Shown: positions 51,531-63,985, counted from the whole stretch's first letter. The stretch is DNA of 63,985 bases, filler included, from Octopus bimaculoides (GCF_001194135.2; 5 parts of 4 records of this genome joined end to end with filler, not necessarily neighbours in it); one strand, 5' to 3'. Numbers and translations: made by a program. The notes: generated by a model not told the origin, from the letters alone.

Positions 51531-51903
51531 TGTTTATCGCCACATCAATATGACTGTTCCATACGAACCGACGTTACTACCGTTTTTAACCTCAGGATGA
51601 TCCTCCTCCAGCTGGTTGTCGATGCAATCTGCACCCGATACATATTGCAAGCAAAGGAACAAACCCCTACCATCTTCTAGCAGACGACGGGACCACTACT
51701 GAGGATGGGTACAAATAGCCCGAAACTGTACGGTCAGGTAGTCCCGTCGTCTGCTAAAAGACGGTAGGGGTTCGTTCCCTTGCTTGCAATATATATTGGA
51801 TGCAGATGGCATCGATAACCAGCTGGACGAGGATCTTCCTGGAGTTAAAAACGGTAGTAACATTGGTCCGTATGGAACAGCCATATTGATGTGGCGATAA
51901 ACA
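51531..51903. mobile_element. 373-bp foldback element, two 168-bp arms with a hammerhead in the loop
   Basis: 51531-51698 is an imperfect reverse complement of 51736-51903. Confidence 0.85.
51691..51743 (+). ncRNA. Type I hammerhead ribozyme motif at hairpin apex
   Basis: gaccacta-CTGAGGA-T-GGG(tacaaatag)CCC-GAA-ACTGTACGGT-C-aggtagtc: canonical CUGANGA core, near-palindromic helix III and a GUC triplet. Confidence 0.75.
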
Positions 51904-52329
51904 GAATAAAAATATATCATATGTTAAATAATAATTGTATTAGGGGAACACAATAGCCTGATTGATACCCCTACTCTTGTGTTCTGAGGTGCTGCTTAGA
52001 TAGGTGAAGGGCGGAACTTCGACTTGTTCTTTATGTAGGTATACGCTGCCTTAGAGGTTTTCTGGAAGACCAGTTGTTTAATCCATGGCAGGGTGGTGGT
52101 TCAGTCGGTGCATCGGTACGCGGGGCCGAGAGAACTAAGATGGGACCCATGACTATCTGCCGCCCCCCGTTCAAAAATAGCAAGAAAATCACAAGGAGCT
52201 AAAACCTGAGAACCCTTAAATTCTGAGAAAACACTTTGTCAAATTTCTCTTGCAGGCCCTTTTCTCCAGGTAATCTCTGGTGAAGCAGATATATGATAAC
52301 AGAAATTATACTCTTGCATGTTTTTAGTT

Positions 52330-53670
52330 TTAGTTCTCCACTCCTTTCAATCACCACATTGGAGCATCACTTTCAAGGGTTTAGTCGAACAAATCAACCC
52401 CAGCACTTAATTATTATTTTAAAGTCTGGACTATATTCTATCAGTCACTTTTGCCGAACTACTACGTTGCTGGGACAAAACTTAAGCATACACTGATTTT
52501 CAAGCGGTTGGGCTTGAACAAAGACAAACAGACACAGACACATGCACGGACACACACGACGTCTTCCACTCAGTTTCCGTCAACCAAATTCAGTTACAAA
52601 GTATTCGTCGGCCCGGGTCTATAGCAGAAAACACTTGTCCAAGGTGTCGCGCAATAGGATTGAACTCGAAACCACGTAGTTGCAGAGCGATCTTCCTAAC
52701 CACACATTGATAATAGATATCACAATATAATACGTTTCTTCTGCCGAGGTCGACTTTGTCTTTCATCCTTTCGAGGTCGATAAATCAAGTACCAGTAGCG
52801 TACTGGAGTCGATCTAATCGACTGGCCCCCTCCCCCAAAATTTCGGGCCTTGTGCCTAGAGTATGAAAGAATATAATACATTTCTCAAAGCGACGAAAAT
52901 ATTTTTGGCAAATTAAATTTAAATGTTGAAATGAATCTAACGGTTTTTGTGTGTACCTTAAATGGCTTATAAACACCTTCCACGCTGCAATTGGTTTCGT
53001 TCCAGCACACGATCTCAGATCAGGTCACTTGCTATGCAAGTACATCTCCGTAAACATAATATGTTTATAACAATTCTTTGTAATTTTTGCGCCAGGCCAG
53101 CGGTTTTGAGGAGAGGGGACAAGTCCATTACATCGATATCAGTGCTCAACCGGTACGTTGTTTTATCGATCTGGAAAGGATGAAAGGTAAAGCTGGCATC
53201 GGCTGAATTTGAACGCAAAGAGTCGAATTAAATGCTGCAAAGCATTTTGTCCGGCGCGCTAAGGGTTCTGCCCAGCTCGCGACCTTTATAATAATGCTTT
53301 CTGTTATAGACATAGGGCCTGAAATTTGAGGGGAAGGAGACTCGTTGATTACATTGACCCAGTGCTCAGCTGGTACTAAATGTAAAGTCGGAAGAAATGC
53401 CACTAAGCATTTTATCCGACTTGCTAATGATTCTGCAAATACACCACCTCATAATAATAGAAATAATATAACATGAGAGTAGAAGTAATACAGTATACGT
53501 AGTCGTGGTGTGGCCGAATGGTTAGGAAGTTTGGTTCATAACCACGTAGTCCAGGTTTTGATACCTCTGCGTAACATTCAGTGAAAATGCTGTTTTCTAC
53601 GGCCTTGGATCGATCCATAGCTTGTGAGTAAAATTCGGTTGACGGAAACTGTAAGGAAGCTCATCGGGTG
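52330..53670. mobile_element. Cluster of SINE family B and A copies
   Basis: B(-) 52330-52700, A(+) 52740-52870, A(-) 53070-53440, B(+) 53500-53670. Confidence 0.7.
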
Positions 53671-53694
53671 GATTGTAACTATCTATCTATGGGC

Positions 53695-53991
53695 CCATTT
53701 CAAGCCTAGCCAGGCTCATGGGCCCAGTTTGCCGGTTTCTATGGCGTATGTCCCCACCCCCAGCTGGACGGTACGCCAGTCCATCGCAGCCTTACTCAAG
53801 AAACAGCAAGTAAGAATGAGAGAAAGTTGGGGCGAAAGAGTACAACAGGGGTCGCTACCACCCCCTGCCGGAGCCTCGTGGAGCTTTAGGTGTTTTCGCT
53901 CAATAAACACACACAACGCCCGCTCTGGGAATCGAAACCGCGATCCTCCGACCGCGAGTCCGCTGCCCTAACCACTGGGCCATTGCGCCTC
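53695..53991 (-). mobile_element. SINE family D, tail type 2
   Basis: Reverse complement of 49867-50150. Confidence 0.85.
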
Positions 53992-54344
53992 NNNNNNNNN
54001 NNNNNNNNNNNNNNNNNNNNNNNNNNNNNNNNNNNNNNNNNNNNNNNNNNNNNNNNNNNNNNNNNNNNNNNNNNNNNNNNNNNNNNNNNNNNNNNNNNNN
54101 NNNNNNNNNNNNNNNNNNNNNNNNNNNNNNNNNNNNNNNNNNNNNNNNNNNNNNNNNNNNNNNNNNNNNNNNNNNNNNNNNNNNNNNNNNNNNNNNNNNN
54201 NNNNNNNNNNNNNNNNNNNNNNNNNNNNNNNNNNNNNNNNNNNNNNNNNNNNNNNNNNNNNNNNNNNNNNNNNNNNNNNNNNNNNNNNNNNNNNNNNNNN
54301 NNNNNNNNNNNNNNNNNNNNNNNNNNNGGGAGTGTGTTTGTTAC

Positions 54345-54710
54345 TCTTTTACTCTTTTACTCTCTTTTACTTGTTTCAATCATTTGACTGTGGCCATGCT
54401 GGAGCACCGCCTTTAGTCGAGCAAATCGACCCCAGGACTTATTCTTTGGAAGCCTAGTACTTATTCAATCGGTCTCTTTTGCCGAACCGCTGCATCGGTT
54501 GTCAAGTGATGTTGGAGGGACAAACACAGACACACAAACACATACACACATACATATATATATACATATATACGACGGGCTTCTTTCAGTTTCCGTCTAC
54601 CAAATCTACTCACAAGGCTTTGGTCGGCCCGAGGCTATAGTAGAAGACACTTGCCCAAGATGCCACGCAGTGGGACTGAACCCGGAACCATGTGGTTGGT
54701 GAGCAAGCTT
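54345..54710 (-). mobile_element. SINE family B
   Basis: Near-identical to 3575-3967. Confidence 0.85.
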
Positions 54711-56039
54711 GTTTATTTTAAGTGATTCGTTATCATAATAGAGGCGGGGAGTGTGTTTGTTATGAACAAAAATAATATAAAATTAAAAATTCATAATATT
54801 CAGGGTAATCCCGTTATTATTTTCCATGCGCATATTTGTACATATTAAGTCCGCATATAAGTAACAGGATGTGTTTCAATAGGCGACTTCATTGGCTATT
54901 AAAAGTGTGTTTCAGTAAAGATAGATAATGGGAGAGAGAGAGATAGAGTAAGAAAGAGAGAGGGAGGAAAAAGAAAGAGAGTGAGGGTGTGAAAGAGATA
55001 CTGAAAGGAGAAAGCAGTTATTTCTAAGCCGAGAGGGGAAAGGCTTGTCAACTGATAGCTCTAAAACAGCTTTTCTGACAACAGCCTCTTGACTCATCTG
55101 CCTATTTTCTTCTAATGCATGCACTGTTGACACAATAACCCGTATCTATCAATTACCCACTTGAAACACATTGGTATAAATTGTCTGATTATGTCAGCAG
55201 GACAAACAACTACATAAAAAACAGAAGTGAAAGTTGAGAACGAGATATAATCTGTATACTCCACACGGAAGTAAAATGCAATATATATATTTACTATACT
55301 TAAAGATACTGTATCAGTGTGGACATTTTTTTTTTTTCTCTGATTTGTAACTAACGCTGTGAATCAAAAGTTTTATCGTACATTTTTCAATTTACTTTTT
55401 TATCACAGTTTCTTTCTTATTTGATTTCTAACACGCAGCTCAGCATGACATGGTGATCTAAATGATCCATTAAAACGTCGGTCTCCAAGGAGAGTGTATC
55501 TTGTATCTTGTACCTGTTACCTTTTACAGAAGTACACTAACTATAAATGAAAAAAAGAAAGAGAGAGAGAGAAAGAAGGAAAAAGCTTCTATCATTCAGG
55601 CATTTGTTTCCCGGGGTTTACAGGGGTCCTCCGAACACAATGAGTCAAGAGACAAGCCGAGCTTCGCTTCGAACTAGGCCATTGAGAGCTAATCGGGAAC
55701 AGAAAACACATTAAATAATGTAGACCTACATCTCTAACCTTTTGATTATAGGGCGTCTGCTCGATAAGCGAAAAGTTGACCTTGGACTAAACGACGAAAA
55801 TAACTGCTGTACCAAATATTCTACGTGTTTTTGACTGTCACGTAGCACTCTCAACAACAAACCAGTTTATTGCTGAATGCACAGAATGATGCATCTCAAC
55901 AGTGAGATCCAAGCATTTTTGGGTCTCACTAATGGAACACCTAAGAACCCTTAACACACACGCACGAGCGCGCACGCACACACACACACACACACACATA
56001 CACACACACACACGTACACACACATCAAGTTGCTATTTT

Positions 56040-56422
56040 TTTTGGCACTCCGTCGGTTACGACGACGAGGGTTCCAGTTGATTCGATCAACGGAACAGCC
56101 TGCTCGTAAAATTAACGTGCAAGTGGCTGAGCACTCCACAGACACGTCTACCCTTTACGTAGTTCTCGGGGAGATTCAGCGTGACACAGAGTGTGAAAAG
56201 GCTGGCCCTTTGAAATACAGGTACAATAGAAACAGGAAGAAAGAGTGAGAGAAAGTTGTAGTGAAAGAGTACAGCAGGGTTCGCCACCATCCCCTGCCAG
56301 AGCCTCGTGGAACTTTAGGTATTTCGCTCAATAAACACTCACAACGCCCGGTCTGGGAATCGAAACAGCGATCCTACGACCGCGATACCGCTGCCCTAAC
56401 CACTGGGCCATTGTGCTTCCAC
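56040..56422 (-). mobile_element. SINE family D, tail type 1, full length
   Basis: tRNA-like head at 56350-56422 and tail matching 48330-48510. Confidence 0.85.
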
Positions 56423-57046
56423 TACATCAAGCTGTATGTTCTACATAACGTGAATGCAGTGTAAGAACGGCATAATGCCGCGGTATTCATCTCGAGAGAG
56501 TATTTCATATAGACTTATAGTGCTAAAAATTAAAAAACAACAAAAAGCACAGAAGTAGCAGGAGTACAAAAAAATGCCCAGCATAGAAACATAAAAAGGA
56601 GGAGGATATGTTCTCTCTTCATCGTTTATTAACCGAAAATCATCACAATTATGCTTTGTCGATAATATTGCTCATTTTGCTGGCAAGAACAGCAAAATGC
56701 TGCTGGGTATAAATGAGTGAACATGAAGAACAGATTGAGACACATACCGAAAAGAAAAAAAAAACAAAACAAAAAACAAAAAACATGGTTTCTAGACCGG
56801 ATGGTAAGATGAACGAGTCATGAGGAAAGCGGGAAAGCATATGACATGAGAAAGCAAATAAAAAGCTTATGATAAACAACACAAGTATTTATTTTACTTA
56901 GAAGGTCTTCTGACCACACAATAGAATTATGACAAGACCTAAGCGAAGGAATCCTTATTAGGAAAGAATGTGATTCTATATAAAAAAACATGTAGGAAAA
57001 CGAGACAAACCAAGAGCTGAACTAAATTCAAAACCTAAGACAGGAG

Positions 57047-57094
<48 letters not shown>

Positions 57095-57447
57095 AACTGG
57101 AGCTGTGAGTTTCACACCAGTCCGATCATCAGGTGAAACACACTGGTGTGAAACTGAGTCATGAGACAAACCCTCAGCTGTTCTCTAGAACATGTATTGA
57201 GCACTCCCTTCTTTCTTGTTAGTCATTAATAGCATACGCATTTATATATANNNNNNNNNNNNNNNNNNNNNNNNNNNNNNNNNNNNNNNNNNNNNNNNNN
57301 NNNNNNNNNNNNNNNNNNNNNNNNNNNNNNNNNNNNNNNNNNNNNNNNNNNNNNTATAGTTGAAATTTACAGAAAAACAAAAGAGGAAGTGAGGTGTATG
57401 AACAACAAGCAGATGTTTTAGTTTGACGCTCGAGAAAGTGAGAAAGT

Positions 57448-57483
57448 CTTTTACGTTTCGAGCCTATGCTCTTCAACAGAAAG
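57448..57483 (-). ncRNA. Atypical minimal hammerhead-like motif
   Basis: Minus strand CTTT-CTGTTGA-A-GAGC(ATAG)GCTC-GAA-ACGT-A-AAAG. The core has an A6U substitution. Confidence 0.4.
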
Positions 57484-57544
57484 GAATAAGAGAAAATATA
57501 CAGAGAGAGAATAAAAGAAAAACTTGTGGATTTAGCGGTCAAGC

Positions 57545-57593
<49 letters not shown>

Positions 57594-57899
57594 CGTGTGT
57601 GTGTGTGTGTGTGTATACATATACATATATATATACACACACATGCACACACACACACACACATACACATGTACGGCCTCTTGAGTCATCTGATGCCTTG
57701 TCAGTGGAACTTAAGTAGGAGAAATCTTTGCAGAAAAAAAGGAAACCCGTTATATATATATATATATATATATATACATGATTGAACGGAAATGTATGTA
57801 GTGATGAAGCGAATTTTTTAGCCAAACGGCTTAGCCTTTGCACCTCTGACTGCACGTCTGTGACCTGTCTTTGGTTCATCAGCGGAACATCTGAGGCGC

Positions 57900-58125
57900 A
57901 TTCTTCTGTGTCTATTTTATCTTTAACTTGTTTCAGTCATTTGACTGCGGCCATGCTGGGACATCGTCTTGAAGGGTTTTAGTCGAATAAATTTACCCCA
58001 AGATTTATATCTTTAAAGCCTAGTACTTACTCTATCGATCTCTTTGCCGAACCGCTAGTTACGAGGATATTAACACACCAATACCGGTTGTCAAGTAGTG
58101 GCGGGGGACAAATACAGACACAAAG

Positions 58126-58207
<82 letters not shown>

Positions 58208-58450
58208 GTGTGTGTGTGTGTGTGTCTGTGTCTGTGTTTCTCCACCTCCACTACTTGATCACCGGTGTTAGTGTGTTTATATCCTATATATATATGACGG
58301 GCTTCTTTCAGTTTCCGTCTGCCAAATGTCCTCGCATGGCTTTTGTCGGCCTGAGGCTACAGAAAAAGACACTTACCCAAGGTGCCATGCAGTAGGACTG
58401 AACCCGGGACTATGTGGTTGGGAAGTAAGCTTCTTACCACACAGCCACGA
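57900..58450 (-). mobile_element. SINE family B with expanded internal (CA)/(TG) arrays
   Basis: Head and 3' modules separated by microsatellites. Confidence 0.8.
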
Positions 58451-59769
58451 AGAACTCCGAAAAACATAAATAAATCAGGCAGTCTTCGTCTTTCTCCAAA
58501 CGTTATTATTTATAGCTTTATCTTCTTCGAGCTTCACTGTTAAAAACGATTTATTCAACGTCTCTCGAACTTTCTAAATTCTTATAATGTAAACAATGTA
58601 CAATTACCTGTGATAAGAACAAAATTTTTTAAACAGAGGAAGAATTTCGCAGAGTTTGTTTGATCCAGTGGAAGAACATCCATCATGTTTACAGAATATG
58701 TGGGTTCTTGTCACACGGGCACCCATCGACATTTTCTATCTAAGAGGATTTTATTAAACCCAGTATTTACGCGTTATTATTCACAGCTTCATCTATTTCG
58801 AGTTCCTCCATTAAAAACAATATATTTCATTTATTTATTCTCAAGTCGAGTTCTGTGAACATGACATTCCATTCCAAACGAATTAGTTCGACGATAGTAT
58901 CACTCTTGGTGTATGTTTAGTATTAAACATGTCAGTAGGCGCACCAGCAAACTAGTCACTCGAGTAATGATCTTCCTAAATTACACGGCTGCGAATTAAA
59001 TAATTAGCGTAGATGACGAGACCAAACAATGCGGAAAGAGTTCCACTGCTTAACTGTTTCTAAGTGTTTTCCTTGTTTGATCTGTAAATTCGTCACTTGA
59101 CAACACATTACCCAGTCATTGCCACACGCAAAACATATCTCAGAATATTATCTAACGACTTACTAGTATTTCCTTGTTTGGTTTGCATAGTGTGTCACAT
59201 TATTACACATCATTCACCGCCAAACACACATCTCCACCCTCTCTCTTTTCTTCACTCGATGCATATATATATATATATATATATCAAATTAATAGCACAA
59301 AACAAATTCAGATACAAAAATAGCAATAGAAGTCCAAGGGTATTTACCGTCAATATTATTCGGTTGATATATCATGGTACATTCTATATATATACAGTCT
59401 ATAACAAACATGTATATTTAAGGCGGCGAGCTGGCAGAAACGTTAGCACGCCGAGCGAAATGCAAAGCGGTATTTTGTGGATCTATTTTAAAACGGGGGC
59501 CACATTTTTCATTAATGTTTTACGTAGTGTTTTTGGTACGGAAAGATTTTCAAACTTCGTATACTTATCTATTTTGTGTTATAGAACAGAAAAATATTTT
59601 TGTATTCGAATTTATTTCATGTAAAAAATTGTCTTATTTCGATAATTTCAACCAATCACTGACAAGTATTCAGTTGTTTATATTTACTCCTTTGGCTGAT
59701 TAAGCGATGTAAAGCGTATTTAATCTCCATACCTTCGTTTTATTTGCTTTCTTCATTTTAAATTTGCTT

Positions 59770-59805
59770 TAACCCTAACCCTAACCCTAGGGTTAGGGTT
59801 AGGGT
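59770..59805. repeat. Telomeric-like (CCCTAA)3-(TTAGGG)3 palindrome
   Basis: taaccctaaccctaaccct|agggttagggttagggt, running into an N gap. Confidence 0.8.
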
Positions 59806-60331
59806 NNNNNNNNNNNNNNNNNNNNNNNNNNNNNNNNNNNNNNNNNNNNNNNNNNNNNNNNNNNNNNNNNNNNNNNNNNNNNNNNNNNNNNNNNNNNNNN
59901 NNNNNNNNNNNNNNNNNNNNNNNNNNNNNNNNNNNNNNNNNNNNNNNNNNNNNNNNNNNNNNNNNNNNNNNNNNNNNNNNNNNNNNNNNNNNNNNNNNNN
60001 NNNNNNNNNNNNNNNNNNNNNNNNNNNNNNNNNNNNNNNNNNNNNNNNNNNNNNNNNNNNNNNNNNNNNNNNNNNNNNNNNNNNNNNNNNNNNNNNNNNN
60101 NNNNNNNNNNNNNNNNNNNNNNNNNNNNNNNNNNNNNNNNNNNNNNNNNNNNNNNNNNNNNNNNNNNNNNNNNNNNNNNNGAACCTAATAATGTTTATGT
60201 ATGTATGTAAATAGGAATACAAAAAATGGGACAAGAACGCAAAACATCCAGACAGACGATAGAAAAAAGAAGGATGTGTCATTCGGAATTTTTCTTTCTT
60301 CAGTCGATTTCCAGATTATCTGTGCCATTTC

Positions 60332-60376
<45 letters not shown>

Positions 60377-61049
60377 CATGCACACATATACAAGGCAGTG
60401 AGCAAGCAGAGTTCGAATTTCGCCGACGTCGATTTTGTCTTTCATCCCTTTCGAAGTCGATAAAAGAAGTTACCAATAGAGCACTGGGATCGATCTAATC
60501 GACTTATCCCCTCCCCAAATAACGCTGACCTTGTGCCAAAATTTGAAACCGATAACTACATATCGGTTATATAAATACATATATGTACATACATGTACTT
60601 ATATATTTATATATGTACTTATATACATATAAGCACATACACAAATGTGCCTTTGAGAGAGGGGAGGGAGAGGGGGGAGAGAGAGAGGGTGAGAGAGAGA
60701 GAGAGAAAGAAGTTTATTGAAACCGGATGCTTATCCCACGATTCGAGTTTTAAGCCTGAAGAGTGGTGTGACGCGAAACTCGAGATAACTTTTCAGTTAT
60801 CCCAATATTTTCCTGTGTTTTTATTTTTCAGTCAGTAAGGTGTGACTTGTGGGAAGTTTAGTTGTTATTTTCAGCACGTCAAGTAACCATGTGACTGATC
60901 CTTCATTTACTTCAATCCAACTATTTACGAGAAATTCGTATATTTATGTATTTGACCAATGTTGCCATTTCAATCTCGAGTAGCTTGAGTAAGTGATCCG
61001 AAACAACGAGTCGACATTTCAGAGAAACGTGCATGATAACGACAACGGT

Positions 61050-61051
61050 GG

Positions 61052-61098
<47 letters not shown>

Positions 61099-61290
61099 GT
61101 GATGGTGATGATGATGATGATGACGACGACGATGATGATGATGATGATGGTGACAATGATGATGACGATGATGGTGACAATGATGAAGACGATGATGATG
61201 ATGATGATGATGGTGATGGTGATGATGATGATGACGACGACGACGACGATGACAGTCATGATGATGATGATGATAAGGAGGAGGAAGAGG
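61050..61290. repeat. (GAT)n/(GAC)n microsatellite
   Basis: Triplet array. Confidence 0.95.
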
Positions 61291-61798
61291 ATGATATGTC
61301 GTCGTCTACATTTTTTTTTTGGTGATTCTTCTGAAAGCATTTTTTTTTACATGTTTTATAAGATTTAAAAAAAAATTTATTGCTGTTTTTGATGTTTTCA
61401 TCGTCTTCGTTGTTGTTGTTGCTGTTGTTGTTGTTGTTGTTGCTGTTGTTGTTGTTGTTGTTGTTTCTATTATAGCTCTTTTCTTCTATCTTTTCACTGT
61501 TCATTGTTAGTGTTGTTGTTCTCCACCCAACCTGCTCTCCAACTCTCCTTTTCATTCTCTCTGTTTCCCCCTCTTTCCATCCACCGTTTTCTACCCTCAC
61601 ATCATTGTTTTCATCTTTTCATCTTTTCTATTTTATTGTTAAATTCACAAATGTTATTTAATGTTTATCACTGATGACATTTTGCAATTAACTCACAAAC
61701 ACACACTCATTCGCATGCACACAGAGATATAGTTATCGATGCATATGCATATATACATATGCACCCGTGTGTGAATGTATATGTATATGTGTGTGTAC

Positions 61799-61841
<43 letters not shown>

Positions 61842-62304
61842 AACACATACACAAACAAACAACCAAGGTGACAGGCACAAAGTCAACGAAGCATATATAT
61901 GGTATTTCACTTTCCACTGTAACTGGTAAGATCATGACACGAGGACTTTGACTGCAAATAAAAGTAAAAGTCACGAAGTGACATAATTTGATACAATTGG
62001 CCTGATGTTCCATTCCGCAAGAAAGAACGAAACAAATAAACAAACTCTTTCTTTGATCCAATCAGTTAGACCCGCTGGGTGATGTGGTCGCATTCATCCC
62101 ATTTTCCCATGCTGGCATAGCCATAGGAATAGTCATGGCCATGCAGTTGAGAAATTCGCTTCGTAATCACGTAGTTTCAGGTTCAATCCCACTGCAAAGA
62201 ACCTTCATCAAGTGTCTTCTAGTATATCTCCTGGCCCACCAATGCCTTGTGAGGGAATTTTTTAGATGGAAATTGTGTAGAAGCCCATATATATCATCAT
62301 TATC

Positions 62305-62872
62305 ATTATCATCATCGTTTCACGTCCGCTTTCCATGCTAGCATGGGTTGGATGATTTGACTGAGGACTGGTGAAACCAGATGGCTACACCAGGCTCCAA
62401 TCTGATTTGGCAGAGTTTCTACAGCTGGATGCCCTTCCTAACGCCAACCACTCAGAGAGTGTAGTAGGTGCTTTTACGTGTCACCCGCACAAAGGCCANN
62501 NNNNNNNNCAGATGGCTACACCAGGCTCCAATCTGATTTGGCAGAGTTTCTACAGCTGGATGCCCTTCCTAACGCCAACCACTCAGAGAGTGTAGTAGGT
62601 GCTTTTACGTGTCACCCGCACAAAGGCCAGTCAGGCGGTACTGGCAACGGCCACGCTCAAAATGGTGTATTTTATGTGCCACCCGTACAAGAGCCAGTCC
62701 AGAGGTACTGGCAACGATCTTGCTCGAAAATCCTTACACCAGTCACGGGCACAAGTGCCAGAAAGGCGACGCTGGGCACAGGTGCCATCCCGATTTCGCT
62801 TTCGCTTGCCCCAATAAGTCTTCGCAAGCTGAGTTTCGTGTCCAATGAAGGAGACGACGTTGGCATGGATGC
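62305..62872 (-). mobile_element. RTE 3'UTR-derived repeat, long variant
   Basis: Same motif as 45565-45830, extended 5'. The reverse-orientation relative is at 63720-63985. Confidence 0.7.
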
Positions 62873-62972
62873 NNNNNNNNNNNNNNNNNNNNNNNNNNNN
62901 NNNNNNNNNNNNNNNNTTAATTAATTAANNNNNNNNNNNNNNNNNNNNNNNNNNNNNNNNNNNNNNNNNNNN
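62873..62972. other. Artificial scaffold-join linker
   Basis: N44-TTAATTAATTAA (62917-62928)-N44. Confidence 0.95.
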
Positions 62973-63130
62973 GCAAGAAGTTAAAAAATTTTTTTGACTA
63001 AAACACAACTGGAACCCTAAGTGAGGCATGTATCAAATTTGAATGAAATTGGTTGAGTAGTTCTCAAGTTTTAGGGATACACACACACAGACAGACAGAC
63101 AGACACACATTCTCATTTTTATATATATAG
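62973..63130 (+). mobile_element. Possible Helitron-like (Lep1-type) non-autonomous 3' end
   Basis: caaatttgaatgaaattggttgagtagttctc..(CAGA)n..tttatatatatag resembles recalled invertebrate Lep1-like repeats. Not verified. Confidence 0.35.
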
Positions 63131-63652
63131 ATTATATGTATTTACTTTCTCCTAATTAATAAATAACTCAGACAAAATAAATTGGTTAATAGATACCAGG
63201 GTAGCAAAGATCACAAAATGACTGTGGTGTAACTCCTGTTTATGAGCTAGAAACTCCTTGTTATTTTGGGTACTAGAGTACATATAAATTTAGTAAATGG
63301 AGTAAAACGCATATGTTAACTGCATACTTATATGCAGTTAACATATGCGTCTTACTCCATTCACTAAGTATATATATATATATATACATAAATTAAAACA
63401 ATAGGGTAAAAAATTGGATATTAATTAATATCAATTTAATACCAGGGAACAAGCACATTAAAAGAATCAAGGAGATTCAGAAAAAAATATCTGAGATCTC
63501 AAAGGATTGTTGTATATGTATATATAAATATATATAAAGGAGACCACTAGGTGGACTGCTAATGTACTAGAAGAAGATCACATGTAATGTGTCTACTAAA
63601 ACAGAATTGTTCTCAAAGGAAATTTAATTAATCTAATTTATATATATATATA

Positions 63653-63721
<69 letters not shown>

Positions 63722-63985
63722 GTACCCTTCCTTCATTGGACACTAAACTCTGCTTGTGAAGACCTGTTGAGGCAAGTGAAATCGAAATCGAACTAAATTC
63801 GATGACTGGCACCCATGCCAATGTCATCTCCTTCATTGAACACAAAACTTGGCTTCCAAAAACCTATTGAGGCAAGCGAAAGCGAAATCATGATGGCACC
63901 TGTGCCCAGCATTGCCTTCCTGGCACTTGCGCCGGTGGCACGTGAAAAGACATTCGAGCAAGATCATTGCCAGTGCCCCTGGACT

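Noticed and set aside
54740-54910. GC box, CCAAT and TATA-like words as a second promoter
   Set aside because: Short motifs expected by chance, with no linked exon found.
57095-57160. Minus-strand CTGATGA..GAAAC within a small hairpin
   Set aside because: Helices I, II and III cannot be formed convincingly.
60921-61600. Poly-D, poly-M and poly-V ORFs
   Set aside because: Translations of (GAT)n and (GTT)n microsatellites.
62379-62628. 120-bp direct duplication
   Set aside because: Identical copies flank an N10 gap, indicating a contig-overlap artefact.

Overview
Repeat-dominated animal genomic DNA, inferred to be octopus or another coleoid from its tRNA-derived SINE families, Dong/R4-like LINEs sitting in (TAA)n arrays, and dense microsatellites. 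The window is five scaffolds joined by artificial 100-bp linkers (N44-TTAATTAATTAA-N44), so long-range order is unreliable. Host genes: three coding exons of cytoplasmic leucyl-tRNA synthetase (LARS1, + strand, 38784-44662, including the HIGH motif), the last coding exon of an S1 trypsin-like serine protease (- strand, 11684-11839, GDSGGP), and a housekeeping-type promoter near 500-720. Mobile DNA: many SINEs of about three families, stacked R4/Dong RLE retroelements, RTE LINE fragments, a Penelope-like element, two Gypsy remnants, a mariner derivative, piggyBac-like MITEs and a long-TIR element with an 8-bp TSD. The most notable hidden signal is a set of five well-formed and two degenerate type I hammerhead-ribozyme motifs with palindromic or near-palindromic stem III. 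Several sit inside foldback (long inverted repeat) elements, and one caps the apex of a 168-bp hairpin. All assignments come from manual reading; no searches were run. Repeat boundaries are approximate.
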